This document shows positions 6,908 to 16,062 of a stretch of DNA of 64,000 bases, one piece after another. The position numbers and the translations under genes are program-made. A model generated the notes under the pieces. The model was not told the DNA's origin. It made no database searches and was given only the letters and a program-made list of their open reading frames with translations. Numbering within the stretch: the stretch's first letter is position 1; the number at the start of each line of letters is the position of its first letter. The stretch spans positions 62,001-126,000 of the IMG/VR virus record IMGVR_UViG_3300035181_000471. One strand, given 5' to 3'.

Positions 6908-7603
6908 CTAGACTTCTTTGATTCGAACGATAAGACCATCCTTGTTGGTGATAAGGTAGAAATCATCGTATTCATAGCTAGTTTTGGGATAGAGGGGGTC
7001 ATGGATAGTCGTGGTGCTGAGGTGCGGTCCCAGATGAATCTGTGCATCCTTAATGGAGGTTTCTGACACAGTAATGAGATACATAGAAGGGAGCAACAAG
7101 ATTCTAGAGATCCCGGTTTTCGAGCCTCTCGTATAGAATTTCTCAATTTTAACTGGTTCCACGACTTTAGCACTGAGTTGCTTGGCTGGCTTATTAGCTA
7201 CAGTTGGGACGCGAGACTTAATCGGCAGAGTAGGAAGGATATAACCAGCCAAGCCGTGCTTAACTGCTCCAATTTCCTGCATCACCAGTCCGATATCTGC
7301 CCTACGGAGGGTCATACCGACACTGGTGGAGATATCGTTACAGAACATATGAAGCTGTCTGACATTACGGTTAAGGTAATAGCCGTTCCCGCTAGGAAGC
7401 GGAGAGAACTCTTCAATCACATTTTCCTTAATTTCTTTCAGGACAAGTCGAAAAAGAGCCTCAGTCTTCTTAGCGTCAGCTTGAATGGACTTGGCCTTTT
7501 CCAACTTGGCCTTAGCCTTTACTTCCTCAGCCTGCCACTTAGTAATTAGCTCCTGACAAACAATTGGAGTAGTCCGATTCTTAATACGAGTGCGGGTTCC
7601 CAT
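6908..7603 (-). CDS. Hypothetical protein
   Basis: 231-aa ORF, TAATG-coupled to upstream gene. Confidence 0.7.
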   Translation of the reverse strand: MGTRTRIKNRTTPIVCQELITKWQAEEVKAKAKLEKAKSIQADAKKTEALFRLVLKEIKENVIEEFSPLPSGNGYYLNRNVRQLHMFCNDISTSVGMTLRRADIGLVMQEIGAVKHGLAGYILPTLPIKSRVPTVANKPAKQLSAKVVEPVKIEKFYTRGSKTGISRILLLPSMYLITVSETSIKDAQIHLGPHLSTTTIHDPLYPKTSYEYDDFYLITNKDGLIVRIKEV

Positions 7604-8346
7604 TACCTGACTCCCAAAGTGGAGGTGGCTGTCTTGATGCGACCACGGTTATTCATATCCAGATTTCGACCAGTGGCCTGACCCTTGCTGTAAGCATCAC
7701 GGTCAATGTTACACTTAATAGAAGATGCAGAGCGAAGTTTACCAACGGTATCCTTGATGAAAGTATCAACCTGCTCACCCTGCTTTTCCAGCTTCATCAG
7801 AGCATACTGAGAACCACCCTTGAAGGCTTCTGCCTTAGTGGTGTTCAAGCGAGTGCGAATAGCGGTGGCGGCACCAAGATACCACGAATTTGCGTAAACC
7901 TTGCCCTGTCCAGAAGGAGCAAGGCGGGTAAGCTGGGTGATGGCGTAGGCCAGCAAGAAGCGAACATTGGCGATGTCGCTGGGACGGCCAAAGATCACGG
8001 TCTTTTTGCCACGCTGACCACCCATCTGGAAACCCTGACCACCGTAGTTAACTAGGCGGCAGTTATTGGCGGTAGCCAAAGCGCCTGCAAGAATGGCCTT
8101 CCAGCTAGCGATACGGCCAGCCAGGAAGAGAGGCTCGGCGTCCTGGATAATCGGCTCTTCGAAAGCCTTGGACTCCTCTTCGGAGAGTTCGGCCATCGTG
8201 AGCTTGTGCTTGTGAATGAGGGCTTGAGCCATAGACATGGCGGATTCGGCCTCGTGCTGGTTAGAGCTAGAAGCCGTTGCAAGAAGCTTGTTGATCCGCT
8301 CCTTGATGGTGGTCATATTAGGTGTAGCGGTAGTGGTCTCAGCCAT
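7603..8346 (-). CDS. DUF2786-family protein
   Basis: IKERINKLLATASSSNQHEAESAMSMAQALIHKH N-terminal motif; AYSKGQATG C-terminal motif. Confidence 0.8.
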   Translation of the reverse strand: MAETTTATPNMTTIKERINKLLATASSSNQHEAESAMSMAQALIHKHKLTMAELSEEESKAFEEPIIQDAEPLFLAGRIASWKAILAGALATANNCRLVNYGGQGFQMGGQRGKKTVIFGRPSDIANVRFLLAYAITQLTRLAPSGQGKVYANSWYLGAATAIRTRLNTTKAEAFKGGSQYALMKLEKQGEQVDTFIKDTVGKLRSASSIKCNIDRDAYSKGQATGRNLDMNNRGRIKTATSTLGVR

Positions 8347-8354
8347 GTGGTAGT

Positions 8355-8396
8355 GCCTCCAGAATGATTATACCACTCTGGAGGCTATTCCTTACC
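8355..8396 (-). promoter_or_regulatory. Promoter GGTA-N20-TATAAT with -10 in the loop of an RBS-pairing hairpin
   Basis: GCCTCCAGAGTG-GTATAAT-CATTCTGGAGGC. Confidence 0.7.
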
Positions 8397-8399
8397 AAA

Positions 8400-9539
8400 T
8401 TATTCCGAAATTTCTTCACGATCCTCAAGGGACAGCCACTCAAGAGTGGACTTAGGGCTGGCGTTCTTAAACCAATCCATTGCAGACTCTACACGACCAG
8501 AGCGAAGTGCAAACAAGACCCCGGAGTAGCGGTGCTTAAGAGCTTCAAACGCAAAGTCCTTCTGAGTCTCGATGTCCTTGATCTCACGGTAGGTTTTGTT
8601 GATGTTTTCAACCAACGAAGTGAGAGCGTTCTGGATTACAAGAATCTTATCCTGAACAAACTGAGGGAGAATGGACAGAACATCATCCACCTTCTCAGAA
8701 AGAATCAACTCAAGACGAGCCTTATTGGACTTACCCAGACCGTCACGCTGATGAGACATGAGACAGTATGCGTCACTTTTCAACTTGATACGGTTGAAGT
8801 TAGTATCAACGAGAACGAAGCCCTCAAACTCCAAAGGGTTACGGGTCTGAACATACTCTTTAAGAGCGTCCAGAGAGAAGCCGTCATACAATCTGACCAC
8901 AGGAGTAGGATGCTTAGGGTTCTCGTCCTTCCACACTTCCACATCGACTTCCTGAAGAGTATCAAGGTTGCGGATCGCTGTCAGAACCAACTTACGGTCC
9001 TTGTGGTGAACTACAACTTGATTTTCTGGCGAAAGTAACTCGTAGGCGTATGAAAAATTTGGCTCCATCGAGAAGATAAAGCGGGACCAAGATACCCCCA
9101 TGTCATGCAGGGCCTTGATAACCAAATCTCGATAAGACATACCTGAGTCATCAACCTCGTTAGATCCGTCAGGAATAGAGCGAGTCGAAACCTGCCAACC
9201 AAACTCTTCGTGGTACCATAGCGTGATCAAAGATCCATCCAGCTTCTCGTAGGTCTTGAAGTTCTCCCAATCGAAGCTAGAAGGGCAATGGCTCTCTCCG
9301 TAGTTGAAGAACTTGTTGAAGGCCCAACCCTTAACATCCCAAGTCGTAAGATCCAAGATGAGAGAGCGGCACTCCTGCACGATCTCCTCTCCCATAGGAG
9401 ACTCAATCATGGAGTAATTGAGGCAAGCCACATTCAGCTTCTCGTTTACGCGATAGCCGACATAGAACTCGGACTTGAGATCCTCAAGGGTCTTTCCAGA
9501 TCGAAGATATTCCTGAACCTTTAGCATAACTTCCTCCAA
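8400..9539 (-). CDS. RNA ligase, T4 Rnl1-like
   Basis: ECRSLI, FNKFFNYGE, YEKLDGSLI, YELLSPEN, EGFV, RIKLKS. Confidence 0.92.
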   Translation of the reverse strand: MEEVMLKVQEYLRSGKTLEDLKSEFYVGYRVNEKLNVACLNYSMIESPMGEEIVQECRSLILDLTTWDVKGWAFNKFFNYGESHCPSSFDWENFKTYEKLDGSLITLWYHEEFGWQVSTRSIPDGSNEVDDSGMSYRDLVIKALHDMGVSWSRFIFSMEPNFSYAYELLSPENQVVVHHKDRKLVLTAIRNLDTLQEVDVEVWKDENPKHPTPVVRLYDGFSLDALKEYVQTRNPLEFEGFVLVDTNFNRIKLKSDAYCLMSHQRDGLGKSNKARLELILSEKVDDVLSILPQFVQDKILVIQNALTSLVENINKTYREIKDIETQKDFAFEALKHRYSGVLFALRSGRVESAMDWFKNASPKSTLEWLSLEDREEISE

Positions 9540-9540
9540 T

Positions 9541-9873
9541 TTAGCTGTTTACGAGTGTAGAATACGGGATGTGCTGAACCTTGTAGACATGGTTCTTCAA
9601 GAGATTAACCATGTTCCTGGCCCCCACGATGTTCATAGAGTGGACCACAACCTGATAAGGCGGATTCTCAGAGATGGCCTTAGCCAACTCATAGCCATCG
9701 GGGTAATTAAGACCCAAATCATGGTCCAAAAACATAACATCCCACTTTTCAGCGATACGAACAAGAGCATCGGTACCGTCAGAGTAGTGAATGTCATGAC
9801 CCTGTTTAGACAACATGGCCTCAATCTTCACAAAGCGGGGATGTTCATCGTCAATGACGAGGATACGAGCCAT
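9541..9873 (-). CDS. Receiver-fold protein, cyclic-phosphate-processing receiver-like
   Basis: ILVIDD...FLDHDLG...GYE...VVHSMNIVGARNM; next to RNA ligase. Confidence 0.7.
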   Translation of the reverse strand: MARILVIDDEHPRFVKIEAMLSKQGHDIHYSDGTDALVRIAEKWDVMFLDHDLGLNYPDGYELAKAISENPPYQVVVHSMNIVGARNMVNLLKNHVYKVQHIPYSTLVNS

Positions 9874-9899
9874 GATTACCTCCAGTAGCCTATTATACC

Positions 9900-10046
9900 T
9901 TATTTTGTGGAGTTCTTTTCCAGAATTTCTTTGGCTTCCTCAATTAGTTTGGGGTTAGAGAGTAATTCTAGGAGGCATTTGGACTTATGGATGGTTCCCA
10001 GATAGTCGCTGGTGAGGAGGTGCTTAAGAATGTCTTTCACTTCCAT
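9900..10046 (-). CDS. Small hypothetical protein (48 aa)
   Basis: MEVKDILKHLL...NSTK, GGAGG RBS and TAATG coupling; not in ORF track. Confidence 0.55.
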   Translation of the reverse strand: MEVKDILKHLLTSDYLGTIHKSKCLLELLSNPKLIEEAKEILEKNSTK

Positions 10047-11308
10047 TAGGCCACCTCCTCAATGAGTTCCAGTTTGCAGCGGGTCAGGATGGTCTGGGGG
10101 ACATCCTTGTAGTTGTCCAGCTTCTTGATCTTGCCAGTGATACGAACCTTGCTGAACTTGTGCAGATCGTTGTAGTTGCAGTTCACGAAGTCAAAAGAGC
10201 TAGTGAACCAAGTGGCAACACCCTTTGCACCCTGGACTTTGATCAGATAGGAAACACCAAACTCAGTGCTGAAGGTGGTAGTGAAAGCAATCTCGCCCTC
10301 CAGCGTGACCTTCTCGCCAATCTCACCCAGATACATGAAGGAGCAGATGGGGAGTTCCTGGGTCTCAGTGGGGGCCTTGTCCTTGCCCTCAGCTTCGAAG
10401 CCGACACCGATGAGGGTCAGGTACTTCTGAGCAGCGATAGCAGCCATAGCGGGGGAGCAAGTGCTGTCCACGATGGAGGAGCGCAGGTTGGAGGAGAAGA
10501 GGTCAGTCACAGCGTAACCATTCAGAAAGTAATCCTGAAGGGCAGAGAACTGCTTGTTGATCATTTCCCGATTTTCAGAGAAGAAAGTGTGAAGGGTGGG
10601 GGTTTTCTTAGTGTAGCCAGGAGTGTTAGGAGCCAGGTAATAGCTGGTGAGTTCCAAAGCCTCGTTAGCAGTGGAGTTATCAAACTTACTGCCAACGAAA
10701 CCACGACTCTGAACAGAAGCGAGAGCGGTGAGGATGAAGTAGTTAGCCCACAACATCTCAGCGGCACGGTGATCACGGTAACCACGCTCTTCCTCGCAGA
10801 AGTTGGTGAAGCAGGTCATGGCCTTCAGGAAGTTCTCGATACCGATACCATACCACTCCTTAGCGCAAGTGGCACCGATGGTGACAAGCTTCTCGTCTTT
10901 CTTGAAGATGTAGAGAGCGTTACGGCGGCGATTGGTGTTGCAATGATCGCAGTTGCTCTTGCGGTCCTTGATCATGTTGAACAGGATTTCATCGTATGTG
11001 TCAGAGGTTTCGTCAGCCTTGAAAATACGGTTGCCAGCTTCGTCAGAACCGAAGTCCAGACGAGCGATGAAAGTGGTGCCGTCCACGCCAACGCGATCAA
11101 TGGGAATGATCAGATCGAGCTTGTGGACCAGGACACGGCGATTGCGCTCATTGCCGTTTTCGTCAACCTGCGTGTAGGTGACATATTCTTCGGTGTGATT
11201 GGTCTGTTCGACCTCAGCATACCCGAATTTCACGAGCTTCTTGTTGATTTTGGCACAACGCTCGTTGAAGTGAGTCATCGAGGTGGTTTCAATCTTCACG
11301 ATAGCCAT
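10046..11308 (-). CDS. Phage protein with CDHC..RRR...C zinc motif and C-terminal OB-fold-like domain
   Basis: CDHCNTNRRR, IGATC, GEIGEKV...GKIKK...QTILTR; own promoter and GGAGG. Confidence 0.75.
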   Translation of the reverse strand: MAIVKIETTSMTHFNERCAKINKKLVKFGYAEVEQTNHTEEYVTYTQVDENGNERNRRVLVHKLDLIIPIDRVGVDGTTFIARLDFGSDEAGNRIFKADETSDTYDEILFNMIKDRKSNCDHCNTNRRRNALYIFKKDEKLVTIGATCAKEWYGIGIENFLKAMTCFTNFCEEERGYRDHRAAEMLWANYFILTALASVQSRGFVGSKFDNSTANEALELTSYYLAPNTPGYTKKTPTLHTFFSENREMINKQFSALQDYFLNGYAVTDLFSSNLRSSIVDSTCSPAMAAIAAQKYLTLIGVGFEAEGKDKAPTETQELPICSFMYLGEIGEKVTLEGEIAFTTTFSTEFGVSYLIKVQGAKGVATWFTSSFDFVNCNYNDLHKFSKVRITGKIKKLDNYKDVPQTILTRCKLELIEEVA

Positions 11309-11312
11309 AGGT

Positions 11313-11359
11313 TACTGCCTCCACAAGTATTATACCAGGGGAGGCGGTAGATTTCTACC
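11313..11359 (-). promoter_or_regulatory. Promoter GGTA-N21-TATAAT within RBS-pairing inverted repeat
   Basis: TACCGCCTCC...GGTATAAT...GGAGGCAGTA. Confidence 0.65.
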
Positions 11360-11365
11360 AAAATT

Positions 11366-11644
11366 TTAGGTTTTAGTAACTTCTTTTAATGCACACTTTG
11401 AGCAGCGGCGAACCTTGATGTCACACGGCTTGGGATCTCCAATTTCCACCCCTTGGAAGGTGGGGGTAGTAGTTCCAACTTCGTAGGTGTAGGGAAGCCA
11501 AGTGTGCTGGGTTTCATCACGGATAACCTGATGTAACACTCTCCCACAGTTGCAGACATGCCAAACTTCGTGAACCTGACAGTTGTCAACCTCTTTGAGA
11601 AGGTGGTAGACATGGCGATGAAAAAGGCGATCAAAAATGGTCAT
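11366..11644 (-). CDS. Small Cys/His-rich hypothetical protein
   Basis: 92 aa, CNCG and CSKC motifs. Confidence 0.65.
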   Translation of the reverse strand: MTIFDRLFHRHVYHLLKEVDNCQVHEVWHVCNCGRVLHQVIRDETQHTWLPYTYEVGTTTPTFQGVEIGDPKPCDIKVRRCSKCALKEVTKT

Positions 11645-11929
11645 TTAGTCTCCATAGCGACTCAGAAACGAGTCTGTGATGCTGTCTTCCTTCTTTTCAC
11701 GCTTAAGCTTCTTCAGTTCCACATACTTAGCGGGGAACGGAGGGCTGGAAGGGATGAGGTCTTCGGGCTCACCAAGGGCAAACAAGGCTCGGCGCAAGGC
11801 TCCAATTTCATTTCGGTAAAGCATGGCGAGTTCACCATTGTCCCACTCGGTTTCCAGCTTCACAGTGGCCTTATTGAGATAACAAAGGCGCTTCTGGATG
11901 GTAATTCGGGCGATCTTTTCAGGCATCAT
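11645..11929 (-). CDS. Hypothetical protein
   Basis: 94-aa ORF with GAGGA RBS. Confidence 0.65.
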   Translation of the reverse strand: MMPEKIARITIQKRLCYLNKATVKLETEWDNGELAMLYRNEIGALRRALFALGEPEDLIPSSPPFPAKYVELKKLKREKKEDSITDSFLSRYGD

Positions 11930-11943
11930 GGCATTTCCTCTGG

Positions 11944-12276
11944 TTAAACAAGGCGATCAGGGAAGCAGTTGTCATAAGCTTTACGAACCGTATCAGCCAG
12001 GACATCCACATACACTTCAACGGCTTCGTATTTGTAGTTACGGACTGAGGCGTTCTTACCACGGCCCATCTTGTATGAATTCACTTCGTAGATGTCCTTG
12101 CCAGCGTCCAGAAGGATCTCAACATAAATCCCCTTGGTGCAGACATAGGTAAGACCGTCCATACCCTTGTGGGTCATGGCAATGGACTTTTTGGCACCAA
12201 TGTAGGCACGGCACCAGTAATCGAGAGCGTTGATCTGACGGTTGATCTCGGTTGCTACTTCCAAGGTGTTGGACAT
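11944..12276 (-). CDS. Hypothetical protein
   Basis: ATG 12276 with GGAGG; downstream of promoter. Confidence 0.75.
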   Translation of the reverse strand: MSNTLEVATEINRQINALDYWCRAYIGAKKSIAMTHKGMDGLTYVCTKGIYVEILLDAGKDIYEVNSYKMGRGKNASVRNYKYEAVEVYVDVLADTVRKAYDNCFPDRLV

Positions 12277-12322
12277 TTGTCCCTCCACAGCTATTATACC
12301 GAAGGAGGGACAAATTTCTACC
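12275..12322 (-). promoter_or_regulatory. Promoter GGTA-N20-TATAAT within perfect 12-bp RBS/start-pairing hairpin
   Basis: ATTTGTCCCTCC...GGTATAAT...GGAGGGACAAAT(G). Confidence 0.72.
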
Positions 12323-12323
12323 G

Positions 12324-12725
12324 TTAGAGCTTCATTTCTTCAGTCGTTCCATTTTCACTAAAATAACGAACTTTACGAACCCCGGCCAACTTCATCAAAT
12401 GCTGACAGTTAGCGCACGGCTTAGAGGATGCGGGTCTACCATCCCCCCCGGTGCGCCAGACATACATAATGAGATTGGTATCACCGTCATAGTGTCTACG
12501 GCGAATAAGGGCCATCTGTTCGGCATGGACACAGACATTATACCCGGATTTGTGCTGACTTTGAGGGTGGCTCTTAGTCATTAGATTGAACCCGATGGAG
12601 AGAAGGTTACTACCACTGAACATTGCGGCCCCCATCTTCCAGGGGCTATAAGTCACCTCGGCATGAGCGGAGGCAGCTTCAGCGGCTTCAAATCCCTTTA
12701 CCCACCTTTTTCCTCTTCCGTTCAT
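12324..12725 (-). CDS. Zinc-dependent deaminase (cytidine/dCMP deaminase superfamily)
   Basis: HAE...SKPCANC motifs. Confidence 0.85.
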   Translation of the reverse strand: MNGRGKRWVKGFEAAEAASAHAEVTYSPWKMGAAMFSGSNLLSIGFNLMTKSHPQSQHKSGYNVCVHAEQMALIRRRHYDGDTNLIMYVWRTGGDGRPASSKPCANCQHLMKLAGVRKVRYFSENGTTEEMKL

Positions 12726-12943
12726 TTTTTCTCCTGGGAATTAGTCTACCTTGAAAGATCTTTTTGAAGAGTTCCATCTCTTCCTTTTTAACTTTTTCAG
12801 ACATTTTCTCCCCCAAACGCTCTCTTTCTGAGAGCCAAAATCATTTCTGTTTCAGCCTGTGGTCGGCCTGAGGCTTCAAGCGTAAGACGGAAGTCCTTGT
12901 CTTCAGGATCAGTGACCGGAATTGGATTTTCCATTTGAATCTC

Positions 12944-13459
12944 CTACTTAAGAATCTTGTCGAGAACTTCCCACATAGGTTCGAACACACCAGGAGTGTA
13001 AAGCGAAGCCTTAAACTCCGTGTATTCCTTACGATACATGCTGGTCTTTCCACCAGCTTCAACATTTGCAATTCGGTCACAGAGCTTCAGGAAGACAGCA
13101 GCGTGACTTTCCTTGATCTTGCCGTGAGTGGCTTCGTGACGAGCCCTTCGATTGACTCCAGGCTCATTGGTGACTCGCCAAATCAGTTCGGACACTTCCT
13201 CTCCGAAACGAGCGGTTAGTTCCTGACGAGTAACGCCAGTGTCTTCAATGAGATCGTGGCCCCAAGCCGCCAACACAACCACTTCAGGAGCGGTATTATA
13301 GGGGATATAAGGTAGGAACCGCAGAACCGTGTCACGAACTGCACGAAGATGGTAGGTGTAAGGACGGTCAAGGCTGTAGGTCTGATGCTTGTGATGCTCA
13401 GACGCAAAGGCAATCATGTCGTGTTCAAGGGCTTGGAAAGCGGCTTCAGTGTACTTCAT
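12944..13459 (-). CDS. Small alarmone hydrolase-like HD protein (RelA/SpoT hydrolase domain, Mesh1-like)
   Basis: H..Q.Y...PYTYHL, AAWGHDLIEDT, FGEEV, LKLCDRIAN; ATG 13459 with GGAGG. Confidence 0.87.
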   Translation of the reverse strand: MKYTEAAFQALEHDMIAFASEHHKHQTYSLDRPYTYHLRAVRDTVLRFLPYIPYNTAPEVVVLAAWGHDLIEDTGVTRQELTARFGEEVSELIWRVTNEPGVNRRARHEATHGKIKESHAAVFLKLCDRIANVEAGGKTSMYRKEYTEFKASLYTPGVFEPMWEVLDKILK

Positions 13460-13556
13460 GGCTTCCTCCGAATGGTTTTCAATGACTGGGGCAACAAGCG
13501 TGATCAAAGTTCTCGGACACTATGTCCTCCTTATTTGATTATACCGGGATAAAAGC

Positions 13557-13585
13557 AAAAACCCCCCAAATTTCTTTAGGGGGTT
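13557..13585 (-). terminator. Intrinsic terminator
   Basis: AACCCCC-TAAAGAAATTT-GGGGGGTTTTT. Confidence 0.65.
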
Positions 13586-13821
13586 CACTGTGAAGGGCAA
13601 ATTGGGAGGGAGGAGGCAATGTCTTGCCCTTCATTTTACTACTTCTTTTATTTCTTGTACTTTGACTCTATAATAGTTAGGTCAGGGTCGTGGTCAATGA
13701 GATTGAAATACTGCTCATCGGCCTGCTTGATCCATTCTTTTCGCTTTTCTTGGTCTCTAGGACTTACACCCTGGATTTCTTCTAAGTGATTCATGTTCTT
13801 ACTCCTTACCTAATACTGGGA

Positions 13822-14127
13822 TTAAGGCATTAAGTAAACATGGAGTGCATGAAAAGTTGGTCCCATATAGCTATCGGAGTAAGTTCCGAGGTATACAGCC
13901 TCTTCAGGCATCTCATTGTTATCACGAGTGATCTTCAAAGCGATTTCCTGAGGCTTAACATCCTCGCCAACCTGAACTGGTGCAGAAATATAGCCAGTTG
14001 GAGGGACATGGGAAGAGGTACGATGAAGATGAATCTTCGCCTTGGAAGCGTCAAAGGCAGACGGCCAATTGATAGTGATATTCTCTGGATGGTCTGAAAG
14101 CTTGACCGTTTGAATCATGTATGCCAT
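13822..14127 (-). CDS. Hypothetical protein
   Basis: 101-aa ORF. Confidence 0.65.
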   Translation of the reverse strand: MAYMIQTVKLSDHPENITINWPSAFDASKAKIHLHRTSSHVPPTGYISAPVQVGEDVKPQEIALKITRDNNEMPEEAVYLGTYSDSYMGPTFHALHVYLMP

Positions 14128-14128
14128 T

Positions 14129-14815
14129 TTAGCTCCATATGCTAGAAATTTTTAGTGCGGTATGTAGATCCTGTCTTTCTGACTTCCATCGGGATAGTTC
14201 AGATATAGTAGCTGACATTAGATTATTACTGAGTTTTTTAGCTTTGAGATAAGCGGCTTTTTTAGCGGATATACCAAGAGATGCCAATTCCTTCTTACAA
14301 TCGTCTTGAGCGTAGACATAAGCTATTGAATCTGTGTATAGCCAAGAGAGTCTGAGACCTAAATCAACGGCCCCAGTCCAATTAGTTGGGTCTTCCCAGG
14401 GATTCTTTAGCCACGGAGATTTTTTAAACCCCTGAGATCTGTTTTTAACTCCCCAGTAAAGGGAGTTAAAATCTCGGATACCATCGAATTCTCGCATGAG
14501 AGCCAGAGCGAGGTCCGCCTGATCTTCTTTTGGAGTGTCTGTCAAATGAGCCACTAAATACTTGAATGCGTCCAAATTTTTTGAAATAGAAGGATTTAGC
14601 CAAATAGCCGCAGACTCCCTCAGCGACAAGGGGATATCGAGTTCGGTATCAAGATACGAGAATTGGCATGGGTCTTCTTCATCAAACTTGCGAATCTTGA
14701 TATCAAACTTTTTCTCCAATGCCTTCAAGACAAGAGAGTCCTGACCCACTAAGATATTCATGGGTTTCGGCTTCTTCTTCTCTATGAGAAGACTTAGAGC
14801 TAGTAATGGTTTCAT
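14129..14815 (-). CDS. Hypothetical protein
   Basis: ATG 14815 coupled (TAATG) to upstream gene. Confidence 0.65.
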   Translation of the reverse strand: MKPLLALSLLIEKKKPKPMNILVGQDSLVLKALEKKFDIKIRKFDEEDPCQFSYLDTELDIPLSLRESAAIWLNPSISKNLDAFKYLVAHLTDTPKEDQADLALALMREFDGIRDFNSLYWGVKNRSQGFKKSPWLKNPWEDPTNWTGAVDLGLRLSWLYTDSIAYVYAQDDCKKELASLGISAKKAAYLKAKKLSNNLMSATISELSRWKSERQDLHTALKISSIWS

Positions 14816-15072
14816 TAGAGTAGAAACTTGATAGCGGCAGTTGCGGCTAGGCCACCGATTCCGGTAGCCACGGCATGGGATAAGGATACTCGGCACTTAC
14901 TGGGATTGAAGTAGGCCCATAGTTCCTTAGCTCCCATTACTACGGATACTGCTAAGAGAATGAATAGCCATTCTTCGGTCAGAAAATGGGTGCCTAGTGC
15001 AGTTACAGCACCGGACATGGCATGAAGCTGTAAGGCTTTGTCATCAACGGCGGGGGGATTCCAATTGATCAT
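14815..15072 (-). CDS. Small membrane protein (VanZ-like DKxxH pattern)
   Basis: DDKALQLHA, KELW, three hydrophobic segments. Confidence 0.6.
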   Translation of the reverse strand: MINWNPPAVDDKALQLHAMSGAVTALGTHFLTEEWLFILLAVSVVMGAKELWAYFNPSKCRVSLSHAVATGIGGLAATAAIKFLL

Positions 15073-15241
15073 TTTTTAGTTCCTTTTTCTTTCTTTTCAA
15101 GAAGGCTGAAGAGGCTTGATATCTCTTTCTCTCAGCTAGGATCAAGATTCAAGCGATACTGGGCCACTATTAAATAGAGCTAGCTCAGTCAAGAACTCAG
15201 AGGCACCCAAATAGGAGGATACCTCTGAGACTGGCGGGACA

Positions 15242-15451
15242 CTAGGCGTCCACGCTCTCCACTAACACGAGGCGCTGGCCGTTTTCAAATATAGCAAAGG
15301 TTAGAAGCTGATCATCGGTTTGAGTTTGTCCGATCTGACAAGCTACACCTTCTGGAACCATGCCATCTAGAACAAACCAGTCAAGGTGTCTATTGAAGCT
15401 GGTGGCAGTAGGGTCACCCTCTGGGATATAGGTAGGCTTAAACAGTTGCAT
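15242..15451 (-). CDS. Hypothetical protein
   Basis: ATG 15451 preceded by AGGAG. Confidence 0.55.
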   Translation of the reverse strand: MQLFKPTYIPEGDPTATSFNRHLDWFVLDGMVPEGVACQIGQTQTDDQLLTFAIFENGQRLVLVESVDA

Positions 15452-15662
15452 TGGATCTCCTCTGACGAGCAGCGGCCTTCTTACGACTCCCTTTAGTGGA
15501 GCGGGTGGCTCTCTCTGGATTGGTATAAGGGGTCTTCTTCCACTTACGCTGAGGTGCAAATCCTGTTCTGGACTGACCCTCTGATAATCTGGACGCTACA
15601 AGAAGTGCGTAGACTTCCTGGACTTTCTTTGCTTGACCCTTGCGGTGTTTACTGATAGCCAT
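15438..15662 (-). CDS. Small basic protein
   Basis: 74 aa, K/R-rich, AGGAG RBS. Confidence 0.6.
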   Translation of the reverse strand: MAISKHRKGQAKKVQEVYALLVASRLSEGQSRTGFAPQRKWKKTPYTNPERATRSTKGSRKKAAARQRRSNATV

Positions 15663-16054
15663 TAGTTGGACTCCTTAGTTGGGAACATCAATTGTTTTTG
15701 TAAATCGAGTCTGAGTTGATCCGAAGATCTACCGACTCCTAACTTGGGTAGACGATTGGCACTTCTTTCATAGTCCCCTCCCTCAAGGGGATCGAGATCT
15801 ATGTCTTCCATTGTCACCGAGTTTATTAGGGACTCAACTTCCTTTTCAGAGTAACGGATGAATATTCCGTAAGAGTAGACTGACCCGCTACAACTGAGTG
15901 TAAATTTGAACATTCGGATCATTGGTATCAGGCTCATTGAGTCAAAAGTATCGTTGACATCGAGGTTCCTGAGCCTACCAATAGTGGTGCTTCCAATAGT
16001 AATACTGCGAAGAGAGGTTAGGGTTCTCCACCATCCCAAGAGTTTCATGATCAT
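15662..16054 (-). CDS. Hypothetical protein
   Basis: 130-aa ORF in operon. Confidence 0.6.
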   Translation of the reverse strand: MIMKLLGWWRTLTSLRSITIGSTTIGRLRNLDVNDTFDSMSLIPMIRMFKFTLSCSGSVYSYGIFIRYSEKEVESLINSVTMEDIDLDPLEGGDYERSANRLPKLGVGRSSDQLRLDLQKQLMFPTKESN

Positions 16055-16062
16055 AAGTTCTC

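Noticed and set aside
10160-11350. 396-aa plus-strand ORF (also 4501-5091, 8364-9038, 35982-36611)
   Set aside because: Antisense shadows of well-supported minus-strand genes with biased codon usage; no RBS or recognisable motifs.
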